A stretch of DNA of 63,364 nt, filler included, from Klebsormidium nitens (lineage: Eukaryota > Plantae > Klebsormidiophyceae): assembly GCA_000708835.1 (NCBI GenBank). It is 4 parts of 4 records of this genome, joined end to end, with 100 filler letters (N's around TTAATTAATTAA, not from the genome) between each part and the next. Parts side by side here need not be neighbours in the genome. Positions count along the whole stretch, not along the records: positions 42,818 to 63,364 come from DF237106.1; 3 more parts are not named here. One strand, given 5' to 3'. Each line of letters opens with the position of its first letter. The stretch's first letter is position 1. A program made the translations under genes and the position numbers. Positions 62,611 to 63,364 of this stretch are shown here, piece after piece. The notes under the pieces are model-generated. The model was not told the origin of the DNA and made no database searches. It worked only from the letters and a program-made list of their open reading frames with translations.

Positions 62611-63364
62611 TCCAAAAGCTGCCACTGTGTCAGACTCCAGATACTCACTTTGTCATCTGCACTTTGTGATTCAACAGCTCGCCTAGCTCAGCTGACTACT
62701 TGGAGTTCCAAAGAGGGATTGATCATGAATGAGGTGACAGAGGGATAAACCCACTGGATAAACACACTGCAGATTAAGCGACGCGGATGATGCGTCAACC
62801 CTGCCAATAGCAACCAGATTTCAGCGAAAGTGAAAGCTTCCTTTTCGGTCCTAATAAGCTGACTCCAATGATCAAGCTGCGCCGCCCACGGAATAACCTG
62901 AGAACGCCGACCCAACCAGCAACCGGGCCCTTTCCTTCGGTTCCTTAAAAGAGGAATTCCCTCCGGATGCTGGCTCTGCTACTTCAACTGCTTCAGAACA
63001 ACAGTTTCGCTCCGATTCACAAAGAAAGAGGAGCAACCCACCGCACAAAGGGGAGCCTGTGGAAGAGGAGAAAAGCTTCCCTCTTCCACTGTTCCAGTGA
63101 AGAAAAGTTGCGCGCCACGAAGCAGAATCAGAATCTAGTCAGCAAGATTCCACCGTGGCGCGCACACGGGTCCTATGATTGGCTGCAGCGGTTGGACGAT
63201 GACGTGGCTTACCAGGGATCCCCGTGACCAATGAAACAGCACCTTTGGCCACCTTTGGCTATTACCGTTCATGCTTTTCTCCGAGGTACTGTCTTGCTGA
63301 TTTGACCCTTTTCTAGTTGGTTGGTACCTTGCACGTGGGTGTGCGCTACGCAACGTCACGAGGC

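Noticed and set aside
63170-63340. CCAAT-like, ACGTGGC and CACGTG motifs upstream of PhoD
   Set aside because: Short motifs expected by chance; no P1BS (GNATATNC) seen nearby and the TSS is unknown.

Overview
Eukaryotic, GC-rich, intron-rich genomic scaffold from a streptophyte green alga. Klebsormidium-like is my inference, from the plant-type SEC/PhoD/MAX2-like proteins and the N-gap linkers containing TTAATTAATTAA. Host genes: a 17-exon SECRET AGENT-type O-GlcNAc transferase (+, 6914-20922) with an unusual ~390-aa C-terminal tail; a PhoD-family phosphatase (-, at least 7 exons, 62610-56604, 3' end unresolved); an intronless MLKL/RPW8-like coiled-coil ORF (-); an intron-containing tRNA-Thr(UGU); a broken MAX2/D3-like F-box-LRR gene; and a spliced SWIM zinc-finger gene cut by a gap. 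Much of 1-5.6 kb and 24-49 kb is a nest of Ty1/copia elements (one near-intact), solo LTRs, a decayed LINE and MITEs. Two observations stand out. (1) At six separate exon edges in two unrelated genes, the intron carries tandem, progressively decayed copies of the splice site plus the adjacent exon edge; these copies keep AG or GT and nearly all would lead to premature stops. (2) A repeated element has an 82-bp perfect palindromic end that overlaps a tRNA-like A-box/B-box head. Everything was read and aligned by eye. Exon models, family assignments and quoted reference motifs (recalled from memory) need computational confirmation.
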